Origin: Acidobacteriota bacterium
GTDB taxonomy: Bacteria; Acidobacteriota; UBA6911
Assembly (NCBI GenBank): GCA_963664705.1
Contig: OY761556.1
Coordinates: forward strand, 2,112,001 to 2,176,000
Direction: 5' to 3'
DNA length: 64,000 nt
How positions within the stretch are numbered: position 1 is the stretch's first letter; the number at the start of each line of letters is the position of its first letter. Position numbers and translations under genes: made by a program. The notes under the pieces were generated by a model. That model saw nothing but the letters and a program-made list of their open reading frames with translations. It was not told where the DNA came from and made no database searches. Shown here one piece after another: positions 19,985 through 31,034 of the stretch.

Positions 19985-21025
19985 ATGGCTCCCGGCAATC
20001 TGCTGCAAATCCTTCAAAAAGGGGACTCTCCGAAAAGCCTCCGAATGCTTGTTGCCCGCGGCTCCGCACCACTTCCGGCCAAGGATGTATTGGAATTGCT
20101 GGTATACCTCCTGAAGGACGAGGACCAGGAAATATCATCCAGCGCCGCCCAGACACTTTCGTCGTGGGACAAAGATGAAGTCCTGGGCTACCTTCAAGAA
20201 GAAGACTGTGCGGTGACCGTATTAGAACATTTTGCGAATTCAGAAACAACCGAAGCTGTTCTGCAGGCAATCATTTCCAATCAGTCAACTCCGGCCAAAA
20301 CTATTGCCTCGCTTGCGTTGTCCGTACCAGCGCCACTGATATCCAAGATTTTGGATAACCGCGTCCGCATTTTGGAGCATCCGGGTATTCTGGACAACAT
20401 AAATAAAAACCCCTTTGCCAGCGCGGAAACTCGCAGAATTGCCCACGAAATAGAACTGGAATTCTTCGGCAGCAAGAAAAAAGACTATGCGGTTCAGGAA
20501 TCCGCAGAGGAAACGGAACCTACCTTTGAGGAAATCCTCCTGGAATCAGAGGCTCCTCTGGATGATTTGATTCTTGAAGGCTTACCGGTAGACCCCGATG
20601 ATCGGCAGGCCGAAATCACGCGGCAGATAGCAAGCCTTCCCGTCAGGCAAAAGATCAAATATGCCCTGTTTGGAAATCGTGAAATCCGCGCCGTGCTTAT
20701 TCGAGATACCAATAAAGAGGTCGCCCGAAGCGTGCTGCACAGTCCCAAGCTTACCGACAACGAAGTGGAATCTATCGCTGCCATGCGTACGGTGGCTGAA
20801 GATATTCTCCGCGAAATCGGGAACAGCCGCGAATGGACGCGAAGCTATGTTGTGATTCAGAATCTTGTCCGGAATCCTAAAACTCCACCCACCATCTCGC
20901 AGCGTCTGCTATCGAGGCTTCGACTCCGGGATCTTACACTGCTCTCAAGAGATCGAAGCATCCCTGATGCGGTACGCTATACTGCGGCGCGGGCTTTAGT
21001 CCAGCGCTCGAGGTCCTCACAATGA
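19985..21025 (+). CDS. Conserved hypothetical alpha-helical repeat protein
   Basis: 346 aa directly after rodZ; KIKYALFGNREIRAVLIRD...NPKTP helical repeat pattern. Confidence 0.75.
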   Translation: MAPGNLLQILQKGDSPKSLRMLVARGSAPLPAKDVLELLVYLLKDEDQEISSSAAQTLSSWDKDEVLGYLQEEDCAVTVLEHFANSETTEAVLQAIISNQSTPAKTIASLALSVPAPLISKILDNRVRILEHPGILDNINKNPFASAETRRIAHEIELEFFGSKKKDYAVQESAEETEPTFEEILLESEAPLDDLILEGLPVDPDDRQAEITRQIASLPVRQKIKYALFGNREIRAVLIRDTNKEVARSVLHSPKLTDNEVESIAAMRTVAEDILREIGNSREWTRSYVVIQNLVRNPKTPPTISQRLLSRLRLRDLTLLSRDRSIPDAVRYTAARALVQRSRSSQ

Positions 21026-21468
21026 AGCAGCCTACTATCTCGAACAGCGGCAGGATCCGGTACACTCAGCTATTGCAGTCCTCCGGGCGGTATTCGGAGT
21101 TGATCGAGGCCTATAAGACACAGGTGCTGACCCAAAAGACCAGGACAATCCGTCTCCTCGGCAGAAAGAGTTCCGCCAAAATCATCAACACCCTGCTCGG
21201 CTTCGAGGTTCAGGCTTCCTACAAGCGAATTCAGTGCCCTGATCTCGTAACGGCTCGCTATCTGCGTTTGTTCTCGGAAATCGGCTGTCATTCCATCAAG
21301 CTTCCCTACGATCCCACTCTAACTCAAAAACTGATTCCGGAATTTGAAGCGACCCTGGAGGAGATCCATCACGCCATCCTGGATCTCTATCCCAATGATT
21401 TGTCGATGCAACTATATGCAACACGCAAAATCTATGGGACCATCCGGAGTCATCTCGCCGCGCTCTGA
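21022..21468 (+). CDS. Hypothetical protein
   Basis: 148 aa, ATGA overlap with the upstream gene. Confidence 0.7.
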   Translation: MKQPTISNSGRIRYTQLLQSSGRYSELIEAYKTQVLTQKTRTIRLLGRKSSAKIINTLLGFEVQASYKRIQCPDLVTARYLRLFSEIGCHSIKLPYDPTLTQKLIPEFEATLEEIHHAILDLYPNDLSMQLYATRKIYGTIRSHLAAL

Positions 21469-21710
21469 TCGAAAATTCGGCATCGAAATCCCCGCTCAAA
21501 AAACTCGCCCACTCCCTGAAATTGTCTACAAACACCCCTGCGGACTGTGCTATAAGTCTAATCATTCAAGGCCCAAAACATCGGGAATAAACAGCAATAT
21601 GAACTAGGAGATTAGGTGCCGGATCCGGGAGAGGATGCGTACTCCCCCGTGAACCAGGATTTCCAGAACGGAATGGCTCATACGAGCCTGAGTGTGGAGA
21701 GGATGAGGCT

Positions 21711-22169
21711 ATGCAATTTCCTAAGATACTTATTTCTATGACTGCTGCAGTACTGCTTTTCTCATGGACAATCTGGGCTCAGGACAAAATTGACAAAGAG
21801 GTGGAAATTCACAAGAACATAAAGCTTGTCGTGCTTGCTGCCGCGAGCGATATCCCGGAAGATTTGGCCAAGCAATATCAGAGCTTCCTGCCGGTCCTGG
21901 AGGCTTCACTGAAAGAAATCACCGTCGACCAACCGGATGATTGCTCGCTAACGCTTCGCGTTGGAGCCGCGGTGAAAGAAGTCGGAAGCGCAAAAACCAA
22001 ACGCCCCCAGGCCAAAGTTACGGCTTTCCGCAGAAACTCAAAACAGGAATACCAGGGAGCGTTCATCCTGTACAGCTATATCAATTCAGGTCCGGTAAAC
22101 AAGGAAGAGACCAATCAGTTTTTGAAAAAGCAGATATTGGAACCGGCGGAGTGCCGCAAAGCGGAATAG
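21711..22169 (+). CDS. Exported hypothetical protein
   Basis: Signal peptide ending IWA-Q; GAGG-type RBS upstream. Confidence 0.75.
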   Translation: MQFPKILISMTAAVLLFSWTIWAQDKIDKEVEIHKNIKLVVLAAASDIPEDLAKQYQSFLPVLEASLKEITVDQPDDCSLTLRVGAAVKEVGSAKTKRPQAKVTAFRRNSKQEYQGAFILYSYINSGPVNKEETNQFLKKQILEPAECRKAE

Positions 22170-22179
22170 CGATCGGAAC

Positions 22180-22228
22180 ACGTTGAACGTTTAACGTTGG
22201 ACGTTGGACGTTGGACGTTAAACGTTCA
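22180..22228. repeat. Heptamer tandem array (ACGTTNN) x7
   Basis: ACGTTGA ACGTTTA ACGTTGG ACGTTGG ACGTTGG ACGTTAA ACGTTCA, between convergent genes. Confidence 0.9.
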
Positions 22229-22247
22229 GCGTGGGACAGTGGATTTT

Positions 22248-22964
22248 CTACTCGGATAACAAATCTCGACGGACTACTTCCAGGTCCTGCGCGGGGATGA
22301 GCAAACGGACCAGGCGTCCGTCCTTTGTAGTAGTCAATGTGCCGCTCCAAATCCCGACAAATTCGGTCTTGTACTGCCGGACATCCAGCGAACCTCCGGT
22401 CTTGAGCGGAATTTTGCCGTCTCCCATGAACGTCAGCGCGATCGGTATATCATTGGCGATTACCGGGATAAAGTTGGCAAATGTCTGCCGTCCGCCCTTT
22501 TTCAAATCATATCTGCGGACAAGGTAGTCGTATTGGTGATAGACGTTGAAATCAACAAAAACCATGTTGGGTTCGAACGGGACCGTCATGTCACTGGTTC
22601 GCCCGCCCCGATTCAGAACACGCGTAATCTGCCCGTTGGCAATGGTAACTTCATAGGAATCGCCCGTGCCTCCCGACGTGTACCAATAGCTGTAGGACAT
22701 CGGCACTCCGGTGCCCTTGGCCAAGACCATTCTCGTCGAAAACTTCATGCTTTTCGTTTCCGTCCCCTCGTTTACAAGCATTTCATGTTCGGAGGTGGAA
22801 ACGATATTGCCGCTGGGATCTGCTTTTTCCGTGACGATCTCGGTGCCGGCAATGGATCGATTGATGATAATGGCGTAAGATTCTGAATAGTTTGAAGCCG
22901 CCGGACTTTCCCCACAAACCATTGCCGCCAACAAGACGCCCAAACACAGCCTCCACATATTCAT
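22248..22964 (-). CDS. Exported beta-rich hypothetical protein
   Basis: Signal peptide; start overlaps the hspR stop by 4 nt. Confidence 0.75.
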   Translation of the reverse strand: MNMWRLCLGVLLAAMVCGESPAASNYSESYAIIINRSIAGTEIVTEKADPSGNIVSTSEHEMLVNEGTETKSMKFSTRMVLAKGTGVPMSYSYWYTSGGTGDSYEVTIANGQITRVLNRGGRTSDMTVPFEPNMVFVDFNVYHQYDYLVRRYDLKKGGRQTFANFIPVIANDIPIALTFMGDGKIPLKTGGSLDVRQYKTEFVGIWSGTLTTTKDGRLVRLLIPAQDLEVVRRDLLSE

Positions 22965-23338
22965 CGCCGACTCCGAACAATTTGGGACGCAGGAACCCGC
23001 ACCAGTGCACTTCTTAATGAACCTGCCAGGTTTGGTGAGATCTGGTCCTGGACAAAAGCAATCATCTCCTCGACCTGTTGCTGCATTTGCTCCATCTTCT
23101 CCCGCATATTCAAAATTACTTCCACGCCGGCCAGGTTTACTCCCAATTCCCGCGTCAAGGTAAGAATCACCTCCAGCCGTTGAAGATCGTCATCCGTATA
23201 CAGGCGAGTATTCCCATCGCTGCGCGACGGCTGCAACAAACCCAGCCGCTCGTATAAACGCAGCGTTTGCGGGTGGATCTGGTAGGATTCGGCGACGGAA
23301 CTGATCATGTATCCGGCCTTTTTTCGCGGACTCACCAT
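22961..23338 (-). CDS. hspR: Heat-shock repressor HspR (MerR family)
   Basis: YMISSVA...HPQTLRLYERLGLLQPSRSDGNTRLY...LGVNLAGV; follows dnaK-dnaJ. Confidence 0.9.
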   Translation of the reverse strand: MVSPRKKAGYMISSVAESYQIHPQTLRLYERLGLLQPSRSDGNTRLYTDDDLQRLEVILTLTRELGVNLAGVEVILNMREKMEQMQQQVEEMIAFVQDQISPNLAGSLRSALVRVPASQIVRSRR

Positions 23339-23348
23339 TCACCCCCAA

Positions 23349-24476
23349 TCATTGAGCGAGATTTGCCCTGGGATCCTCCGGATTAAGCCTTGCAAGCTCT
23401 CGCAGAATCTCCTTTGAGCGTTCATCCGCAATTTTGGGCACCACGACCTTCACTTCAACGATCTGATTCCCGGGAGAATCACCTCGAATCGAGGGCGCAC
23501 CTTTGCCCCGCAACCTGAATTTTTGGCCGCTTTGCGTTCCCGGCGGTATACGCAACAGCGCCTTCCCATCGATGGACGGCACTTCTATCTTGGTGCCCAG
23601 TGCGGCTTCCGTAACAGTAATCGGGACCGTACAGATAATGTCGTTTCCCTCCCGCTGGAAGAAATCATGCGGTCGCACCGCAATGCTCAGATACAAATCG
23701 CCCGGGGGACCGCCGGCCCTCCCGGCATTTCCCTTTCCCGGCACACGCATTCGATACCCATTTGCCACACCGGCAGGAATGCGCACGGTAATGTTCTCCT
23801 GGAAAGAGACCGTTCCAGCCCCTCCACACGTATTGCAGCGCCCGCCCACGCGGCCCGTTCCGTTGCAAACCCGGCAGGGTCCGGAAAATCGCATAAATCC
23901 ATGGGATTTGCCTTCCTGTCCCGTTCCCTGGCATCGGGAACAGATCTGTTGTCCCGCCGAGCGATCCAATCCACTCCCGTCGCATGCGGAACAGGCGGCT
24001 TTCCGGTTAAAGGCCATCCGAGTCGAAAGCCCCTGGATGCTTTCCATAAAGGAGATATTGAGGTGGTGCTCTAGATCTTCCCCCTTTTGCGGACCGGTAT
24101 TGCGACCGCGGGCTCCACCACCGCTAAAAAAGTCCGAAAACAGATCCCTGAAACTGCCCTGCCCGGATTCGCCGAAATCCATCCCGGAAAAATCAAAACC
24201 AGGCGGAAATCCACCGCCCTGCCCACGTCCTCCGCCCGGCTGCTCCTTGAAGTTTTCCGAATAGAAACCATACTGGTCGTAAACGCCGCGCTTTTTGGGA
24301 TCGCTTAATACATCGTACGCTTCCTGTATCTTCTTGAAGCGTTCTTCGGCTCCCTTGTCGCCAGGGTTTACATCCGGATGGTTCTTCCTGGCCATGCGCC
24401 GGTATGCCTTCTTGATATCCGGCTCCTTCGCATTTCGGGGGATGCCCAGTACTGAGTAATAATCTTCCTTAGCCAT
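23349..24476 (-). CDS. dnaJ: Chaperone DnaJ
   Basis: J domain with HPD, G/F-rich region, four CxxCxGxG repeats. Confidence 0.96.
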   Translation of the reverse strand: MAKEDYYSVLGIPRNAKEPDIKKAYRRMARKNHPDVNPGDKGAEERFKKIQEAYDVLSDPKKRGVYDQYGFYSENFKEQPGGGRGQGGGFPPGFDFSGMDFGESGQGSFRDLFSDFFSGGGARGRNTGPQKGEDLEHHLNISFMESIQGLSTRMAFNRKAACSACDGSGLDRSAGQQICSRCQGTGQEGKSHGFMRFSGPCRVCNGTGRVGGRCNTCGGAGTVSFQENITVRIPAGVANGYRMRVPGKGNAGRAGGPPGDLYLSIAVRPHDFFQREGNDIICTVPITVTEAALGTKIEVPSIDGKALLRIPPGTQSGQKFRLRGKGAPSIRGDSPGNQIVEVKVVVPKIADERSKEILRELARLNPEDPRANLAQ

Positions 24477-24611
24477 ACTCGAGAGTTTCCAGGGCAGAGC
24501 TTAAATCACTGGCATTGCGGCCGCCCATGCGGCCCGAACTAAACCGGATTCGGAACCGGCGTGAAAATTCCCGTCGATCCCGAATCCTCAAAACCAAAGC
24601 CTGCTTACCGT

Positions 24612-26537
24612 TTATTCATTTTTATCCATGTCGACATACTCGGCATCGATGACTTCATCTTCCTTTTTGTCTGAGCCCGGCTTTGGTCCGCCGGCCTGCT
24701 CAGAGCCCGGCCCTCCGTGAGGGGGCGCCTGGCTCGCGGTCTTTTGGTACATAATCTCCGCAAGCCGATGGGACGCTTTGGTGAGTTCCTCGGCAGCCGT
24801 GTTCAGATCCGAAGCCTCCGACGATCCTTCCAGTACGCCCTTTGCCTTGGAGAGCGCCGCATCCAACGATCCGGCATCCGCGTCCGAGATCTTGTCCCGG
24901 TTCTCTTTCAGGATCTTTTCCGTGTTGTAGATCAAACTGTCCAGCTTGTTCTTGGCTTCGATCTTTTCCTTGTTCTTCTGATCCTCGTCCGCATGGGATT
25001 GAGCATCCTGGGTCATCTTATCAATCTCATCCTTGCTCAAACCGCTCGAAGCCGTAATCGTGATTTTCTGTTCCTTGCTGGTAGCCAGATCCTTGGCCGA
25101 AACATTCACAATACCATTGGCATCGATGTCAAAGGTCACCTCAACCTGGGGCACGCCCCGAGGCGCGGGAGGAATTCCCACCAAATGGAATTTCCCAAGG
25201 GTTCGGTTGTCTCTCGCCATGGCGCGCTCACCCTGGAGAACGTGAATTTCAACGGAGGTCTGATTATCGGCCGCCGTCGAAAAAATCTCCGACTTCCTCG
25301 TGGGAATCGTGGTGTTTCTGTCAATCAGCTTAGTGAAAACACCCCCGAGGGTCTCGATACCAAGAGACAGCGGGGTTACGTCAAGCAACAGCAGGTCTTT
25401 GACGTCTCCGGCCAGAACGCCGGCCTGGATCGCGGCGCCGACCGCCACAACCTCATCCGGATTCACGCCCTTGTGCGGCTCTTTTCCAAAATACTCTTTC
25501 ACCATCTGCTGCACGCGCGGGATACGCGTCGACCCGCCCACGAGCACCACTTCATCAATATCTCCGGGCTTCATGCCGGCATCGGAAAGCGCCTGCCGAA
25601 GCGGAGCGATAGTCCGCTGGAGAATATCTTCAACCATTTGTTCAAACTTTGACCTTGAAAGCCTCATGTTTAAATGCTTTGGTCCCGAAGCATCCGCTGT
25701 GATAAACGGCAGGTTGATCTCCGTTTCCATAACGGTGGAGAGCTCCATTTTTGCCTTTTCAGCCGCTTCGCGCAGCCGCTGCAAAGCCATCTTGTCCTTT
25801 GAAAGATCGATACCCTGATCCTTTTTGAAATCCTCGATGATCCAGTCCATCAGGCGCTGATCGATGTTGTCGCCGCCGAGGTGGGTATCCCCGTTGGTTG
25901 ACTTAACCTCAACCACGCCTTCCCCTACTTCAAGGATCGAAATGTCGAAGGTGCCACCGCCGAAATCAAATACGGCGATTGTCTCATCCTTCTTCTTGTC
26001 CAGACCGTAGGCCAGTGCGGCCGCGGTCGGCTCATTGACAATACGCACTATCTCCATGCCGGCAATCTTTCCAGCATCCTTCGTGGCCTGCCGCTGGCTG
26101 TCATTGAAGTAGGCCGGAACGGTAATGACCGCTTTTTCCACCTTTTCTCCAAGGTATTCCTCAGCCGCCTGGCGCATCTTCTGCAGAATCATGGCCGAAA
26201 TCTCAGGCGGGGTATACGCCCGATCTCCCATTTTTACCTGAGCATCGGAATTGGGACCGGAAACCACCTTGTATGGCACCAGCTTAACCTCTTCTCCGAC
26301 CTCCCCGGTCTTTCGCCCCATGAAGCGTTTGATCGAAAAAATCGTATTCTCCGGATTGGTAACCGCCTGTCTCTTGGCAACCTGCCCGACAAAACGCTCG
26401 TTGTTCTTTCCCACGGCCACAACGGACGGAGTGAGCCGGCCCCCTTCTGGATTGGTGATAACCTTGGGCTCTCCGCCCTCCATAACCGCAACCACGGAGT
26501 TTGTCGTACCAAGGTCAATTCCGATAATCTTACCCAT
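24612..26537 (-). CDS. dnaK: Chaperone DnaK
   Basis: [17 protein letters not shown] and DFGGGTFD motifs; 641 aa. Confidence 0.99.
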   Translation of the reverse strand: MGKIIGIDLGTTNSVVAVMEGGEPKVITNPEGGRLTPSVVAVGKNNERFVGQVAKRQAVTNPENTIFSIKRFMGRKTGEVGEEVKLVPYKVVSGPNSDAQVKMGDRAYTPPEISAMILQKMRQAAEEYLGEKVEKAVITVPAYFNDSQRQATKDAGKIAGMEIVRIVNEPTAAALAYGLDKKKDETIAVFDFGGGTFDISILEVGEGVVEVKSTNGDTHLGGDNIDQRLMDWIIEDFKKDQGIDLSKDKMALQRLREAAEKAKMELSTVMETEINLPFITADASGPKHLNMRLSRSKFEQMVEDILQRTIAPLRQALSDAGMKPGDIDEVVLVGGSTRIPRVQQMVKEYFGKEPHKGVNPDEVVAVGAAIQAGVLAGDVKDLLLLDVTPLSLGIETLGGVFTKLIDRNTTIPTRKSEIFSTAADNQTSVEIHVLQGERAMARDNRTLGKFHLVGIPPAPRGVPQVEVTFDIDANGIVNVSAKDLATSKEQKITITASSGLSKDEIDKMTQDAQSHADEDQKNKEKIEAKNKLDSLIYNTEKILKENRDKISDADAGSLDAALSKAKGVLEGSSEASDLNTAAEELTKASHRLAEIMYQKTASQAPPHGGPGSEQAGGPKPGSDKKEDEVIDAEYVDMDKNE

Positions 26538-26628
26538 TTCTTTCCTCCTAAAAGAATCGCACCCGTATTGTGTAAAGGTGAATCATTAGTGCAGATCTCA
26601 TAAACGCCTTTTGTCTTAGCGCGTATGT

Positions 26629-26658
26629 TATATAGAATCTGAGTGTAGCATTGTCAAG
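26629..26658 (-). promoter_or_regulatory. dnaK promoter overlapped by a HAIR-like HspR operator
   Basis: Minus strand reads TTGACA-17 nt-TATATA. CTTGACA-N7-ACTCAGA resembles the HAIR consensus CTTGAGT-N7-ACTCAAG. Confidence 0.65.
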
Positions 26659-26698
26659 CTGTCGATTAAGATTCTGAGCAAGGAATCAGGAGCGCTCT

Positions 26699-27183
26699 CA
26701 ATTGTGGCTCAATTGTGGTCAATTGTGGACACCCACTGATTTTTTCTCAGTTTTTGAGTGGAAACTGGGGCCGGGAATGAAGGGAAATGAAGGGCTGGCG
26801 GGCATGCCCTGGATTAAGCTAAAAATCGCGCTACGTGGAAATTTGTGTCTGTCTTCTGACTCCTGTCTCCTGACTTCTATCTCCTTGCCCGCAAACGCTA
26901 TTTCTTCAGCGCCGGATCCAGTGGAATAGAAAAGGGCCCGAGAGCTTTGGGCAATTGTGGACACCCACTGATTTTTTCTCAATTTGTGAGTGGAAACTAG
27001 CACCGGGAATGAAGGGAAATGAAGGGCTGGTGGGTATGCCCTGGATTAAGCTAAAAATCTCACTGCGCGGAAATTCGTGTCTATCTTCTGACTCCTGTCT
27101 CCTGACTTCTATCTCCTTGCCCGGAAACGCTATTTCTTCAGCGCCGGATCCAGTGGAATAGAAAAGGGCCCGAGGGCTTTGCG
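26699..27183. repeat. 232-bp tandem duplication plus CAATTGTGG stutter x3
   Basis: 26720-26951 versus 26952-27183, about 16 substitutions by eye. Each unit has GGACACCCACTG, (T/C)TCCTGA-type heptamers and the last ~54 nt of gene 27130-27756. Confidence 0.92.
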
Positions 27184-27756
27184 TGTCCCCTCTTCTTCCA
27201 GTTTAGGAATGTATAGGGTACTTCCAGCAAAGAAGTCGTCCTTCGGTTCCGGAGTGAAGAAAAAAAGGAAACCGTCCGCCACTGTTTCGGGGTCGACGAG
27301 TCGGTTTGTCAATTCCTTGCTGGTAAAATCGGAGAGAGGGGATCCCACTTTGGTTGAAGTCGACTGGTCGCGGGACTTCATTTTAGGGAGCTTGCTAACC
27401 AGCCCAGCCCGGACAACATCCTCGACTACGACGGTGGCGGGTGTTGTATATAGCTGCTTGCCCGCGGCGGTAATCAGGACAACATTCCGCGTCCGGACAT
27501 TAAAAAAGCTCTGGGATCCGTTCCGAATGATGACGTGAACAGGAAAATAGCCGCGCGAGTTCAGGTTCTTTACATCGAAGGCGGTGAAGGATTTATTGTC
27601 GTCGGTGTAGGGATCGGCGGCAATGGCAACACCGCCCAGCTCCGCTCTTGCCGGATAGCTCTCGATCGGCTTCACGGCAACCGTTTTGACCTGGTAATCC
27701 GCAAAGAGCGCAAGCGCCCCAAAAACAGCAAACGCAATGGCTAGATGGATTTTCAT
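27130..27756 (-). CDS. Exported hypothetical protein
   Basis: Signal peptide ending ALFA-D; 208 aa. Confidence 0.75.
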   Translation of the reverse strand: MKIHLAIAFAVFGALALFADYQVKTVAVKPIESYPARAELGGVAIAADPYTDDNKSFTAFDVKNLNSRGYFPVHVIIRNGSQSFFNVRTRNVVLITAAGKQLYTTPATVVVEDVVRAGLVSKLPKMKSRDQSTSTKVGSPLSDFTSKELTNRLVDPETVADGFLFFFTPEPKDDFFAGSTLYIPKLEEEGTRKALGPFSIPLDPALKK

Positions 27757-27816
27757 ACCGCGTCATAATAGCACAAACCGAAAGTCAAAGCCCCTTCCGT
27801 CAACATTCTCCGACTT

Positions 27817-30045
27817 CTACTTCCGTAATTTATCCCCGGAGGCTTCCTGTTTCATCTGCTCTAAAAGCTCGTCCGCCTCGTGAGTTTCCAGGGCTGATTC
27901 CAGTCGCCGCAGGGCTACGCGCACGACGTCCCGATGATGCAGCTTGTAATCAAGACCTTTGCCGGTGAGATTCAGCCACAGTTTATGCAGCAATTCCACA
28001 TCTTCCGGCCACAAGCGCGGTGGATGCGGCCCCAAGTTAAAGAACATCTGTTTCCCGGAGCTCTCGTCGAGGATTTCCAGCGATAATTGCGGTCTGGGAG
28101 CCGGCAAGCGTTCCCAGGCATCTCCAAATGCCTTGGCCTGCTGAGAAGCTGTCATCTTGGCGGATAATCCCATGACGACCAGGCTCGATTTCAGCCGCTG
28201 AGCGACTTCAACGATAGCCCGGTTGTAGTCACGTCCCGGAACGACCAAAAGTTCCACGTGTTTCCCGGCCTTCTCTGCAACGGACACCACGTGCGTGAAC
28301 AGCTGCGCGATTTTATCCGTAAAGATCTGATCGGTTTCGAGCTCAAATCCGCCGGACCCGTGCTGCGACACACGCTTCACTGTCAACGCCACAACATCCA
28401 GCTTCCGGGTATCTACGCGATCGAGGACACGGATCAGGTGCCGCAGTTCGTACGGATTGCGTACCGCGACAAGAACATTGCCGGGACGAAGCCTGACGGA
28501 TTCCTGGGACAGGATCTCCTGCGTTACCAGGCGGAACTTCTCCAGCTCCCCGCCCTGTCTTGCTTTCCTTTTATTGTAATGCTCGGAAATCGCAAAGATG
28601 GTGTAAATACAGACGGTGAAGGTCAGCCCCCAGATGGTAGCCACCTTTTTTGTAAACAGGTTTGTAATTGCAAATCCGAAGAGCACCAGAGTAATGAGGC
28701 CCAATCCCAACGGCAGCTCTTTTCCGAACAGCTTGAGATTCAGCGGCACCTTCCACTGAGGCTCCTCCGGCTGTTTATAACGCAAAACGAGAACTGCGAG
28801 CCCCTGCAGTGCGAAACTCCAGACAATTCCAAAGGCGTAGGCATCGCCCAACAGTTGGATATTGCCGCGTGTCAAAATAATCGTGACAATCTGCAACCCG
28901 ACAATCATGCTGATAATGCGCGCAGTGGTTCCATACTTTTTATGCGGAGTCCGAAACCAGTCCGGAAGCACACGGTCTTCCGCAACTCGGTTGAGAACAC
29001 CATTGGACCCTACAATTGCCGTGTTCACGGCGCCGGAAAGCAGAATAGTGCCTACAATCACAACGAAGGCATGAAACAACAGACGAATGGGGAGCGGGCC
29101 GACGACATTCATCGCCAGGCCACCGATCAGATTATCAATATAGATATGCACTCGTTCGTTGTCGGGAATGATCATCACCGCAAAAAACGAAACCAGCGTG
29201 GTGAAAACCATGCTGTAGACAAAAATAACAATAGCGGCACGCTTCAGATTCTTGAGCTTGGGAGATGCAATTTCCCGGTTAACCTGGGCCAAGCTTTCCT
29301 CTCCGCTCATCGCAAGGACTGAATGTCCCAACCCGATCATGATGGCAAAAACATATATCTGGGTAAAAAAGCTCCCCTTGAGCCAACCTACAGCCTCGTC
29401 ATTGAAGTGAATGGTGCTCAGGGAAGGAAACGGCACCGGATTATAGCCGCGTTGCAGAATGGTGACGATGCACCAGACGATTAGAATCACGACCATCACG
29501 GAGGTTACCTGCATGATGCGCAGCGCCTTCTGACTTGATTCGTGCATTCCGATTATGTTTTTGCGCCAGAAATAAAGCGTCACGAGAATTGTGAAAAAGG
29601 CTGCAAAATAGGGCGGATTGACTTTGAATCCGGGCGATTTCAAAAGATCCGAGGTCTCATTGATGAGGCCGGCCAGGTACAGGCCGGCACTGACTCCGCT
29701 GATGGGCCCGGTCAAGATGTAGTCGAACATCAGAGCGGAAACCGAGACCTTGGCCAGCGTCCCACCCAAGGCTTCATATACCACGCGGTATACGCCGCCC
29801 CGCACGAACATGCTGCAGGCCTCGATATATACAATTCGGACCGCCGACGCAAAAAGCATGATCCCAAGGATGAACCAGGGCGCGGATTTGCCAAGGTATC
29901 CTTCAGAAATACCGGCGGCATAATAGGCCGAGGAACCCAAATCACACAGCACTATAGCCGCCGCTCTCCAGAAGGAAATGAACGACAGCATGACCGTGGT
30001 TGCAACAACTACTTTATTTACACTCGCATCGTCTCGTGCGCTCAT
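27817..30045 (-). CDS. APC-family permease with C-terminal cytoplasmic domain (KimA-like architecture)
   Basis: About 12 TM segments, GSSAYY and SGEES motifs, soluble USP-like C-terminal region. Confidence 0.85.
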   Translation of the reverse strand: MSARDDASVNKVVVATTVMLSFISFWRAAAIVLCDLGSSAYYAAGISEGYLGKSAPWFILGIMLFASAVRIVYIEACSMFVRGGVYRVVYEALGGTLAKVSVSALMFDYILTGPISGVSAGLYLAGLINETSDLLKSPGFKVNPPYFAAFFTILVTLYFWRKNIIGMHESSQKALRIMQVTSVMVVILIVWCIVTILQRGYNPVPFPSLSTIHFNDEAVGWLKGSFFTQIYVFAIMIGLGHSVLAMSGEESLAQVNREIASPKLKNLKRAAIVIFVYSMVFTTLVSFFAVMIIPDNERVHIYIDNLIGGLAMNVVGPLPIRLLFHAFVVIVGTILLSGAVNTAIVGSNGVLNRVAEDRVLPDWFRTPHKKYGTTARIISMIVGLQIVTIILTRGNIQLLGDAYAFGIVWSFALQGLAVLVLRYKQPEEPQWKVPLNLKLFGKELPLGLGLITLVLFGFAITNLFTKKVATIWGLTFTVCIYTIFAISEHYNKRKARQGGELEKFRLVTQEILSQESVRLRPGNVLVAVRNPYELRHLIRVLDRVDTRKLDVVALTVKRVSQHGSGGFELETDQIFTDKIAQLFTHVVSVAEKAGKHVELLVVPGRDYNRAIVEVAQRLKSSLVVMGLSAKMTASQQAKAFGDAWERLPAPRPQLSLEILDESSGKQMFFNLGPHPPRLWPEDVELLHKLWLNLTGKGLDYKLHHRDVVRVALRRLESALETHEADELLEQMKQEASGDKLRK

Positions 30046-30200
30046 AGCTATCCCGTAAGCAAAAGAGCCATGATTGTACCACTGAATGCCCTAAGTTTTA
30101 ATTGCCGGGTTCACAAATAAATCGATGATTGCAAAATGACTGCTAAGCGCTTTGGATGATTGATACTGCGGGGATAAACATGGAGTGGAAATGCCAGCAC

Positions 30201-30280
30201 CGGGAGCGCCGGCGACTCGCCAGCAAGGGTCTTGTGATTGCTTGCATGGTGCCGATGCCGCCGGGACGGCGACGCTCCCG
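30201..30280. repeat. REP-like inverted pair
   Basis: CGGGAGCGCCGGCGACTCGCC ... GCCGGGACGGCGACGCTCCCG; same family as the arms at 3749/3888 and 56705/57458. Confidence 0.7.
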
Positions 30281-30289
30281 ATGCTTCAA

Positions 30290-30898
30290 TTACTTGCGTT
30301 TGATTCTGTAAACGTCCGCATATACTCTACGCAAAGGCGCAACGCAGTATTTGTGAATCAATTCCATGAAGTTTGGCGGATCCGAGATCAGCTCCTCCAG
30401 AAATTCGCCATCAACCCCAAACGAGAGGCGAACGATGTCGGCCTTCCCTTCCCGGGTCTCGACTTTGATGCATTGATGCAAGTCATCCGTGAGATGAAAT
30501 ACATCGCAATTTCGGATCTTCTTTACCTTCTTAAATCCTTCGATCGCATTATCGCGATTGGATTGGTAGTAGGTCTCCAACCTGCGTACGAGCTCGCTGT
30601 AATTGAAGTTTGGAACCTTGTTGTTAACACTCGCCTCAAGGATGCAATCGTCATTTGCGGTCATAAGACTGAGACCGTATGTAAAATCAAGATCACCCTT
30701 GTTGAACTTGATCCGATGACCGGTTTCATCGTGAAAGCGCTTCAATTCCTCAGGAACCTGTATATCAGGATTTTCCTTCTTTTTTTCTGCGGTGATGTAG
30801 TAATCGCTGACACTCAGGTACCACTGATCAATGATGGCTTCCAACGATTTATCGATTAACTCAGCAGTTTTTGGTGGGGTTTTTTTCTTTCCAGGCAA
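30290..30898 (-). CDS. Hypothetical protein
   Basis: 202 aa, TTG start with upstream GAGGA, charged globular composition. Confidence 0.7.
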   Translation of the reverse strand: MPGKKKTPPKTAELIDKSLEAIIDQWYLSVSDYYITAEKKKENPDIQVPEELKRFHDETGHRIKFNKGDLDFTYGLSLMTANDDCILEASVNNKVPNFNYSELVRRLETYYQSNRDNAIEGFKKVKKIRNCDVFHLTDDLHQCIKVETREGKADIVRLSFGVDGEFLEELISDPPNFMELIHKYCVAPLRRVYADVYRIKRK

Positions 30899-31034
30899 CT
30901 GTCTATTCCTCAGATATGATTAACAGAAAAATTACCGCGCCGGCATGAACCGGAATAGTCAGTATAGCACGGAGCTTTTCACTGATGTTAGCATTTCGGC
31001 TTTAAATGGATATTGGTATGTATTCGATAAATAG

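Noticed and set aside
26699-27183. Possible CRISPR array (also considered at 31035-31094 and 56705-57479)
   Set aside because: Only two units each, no constant repeat with unique spacers, and no cas genes in the window.
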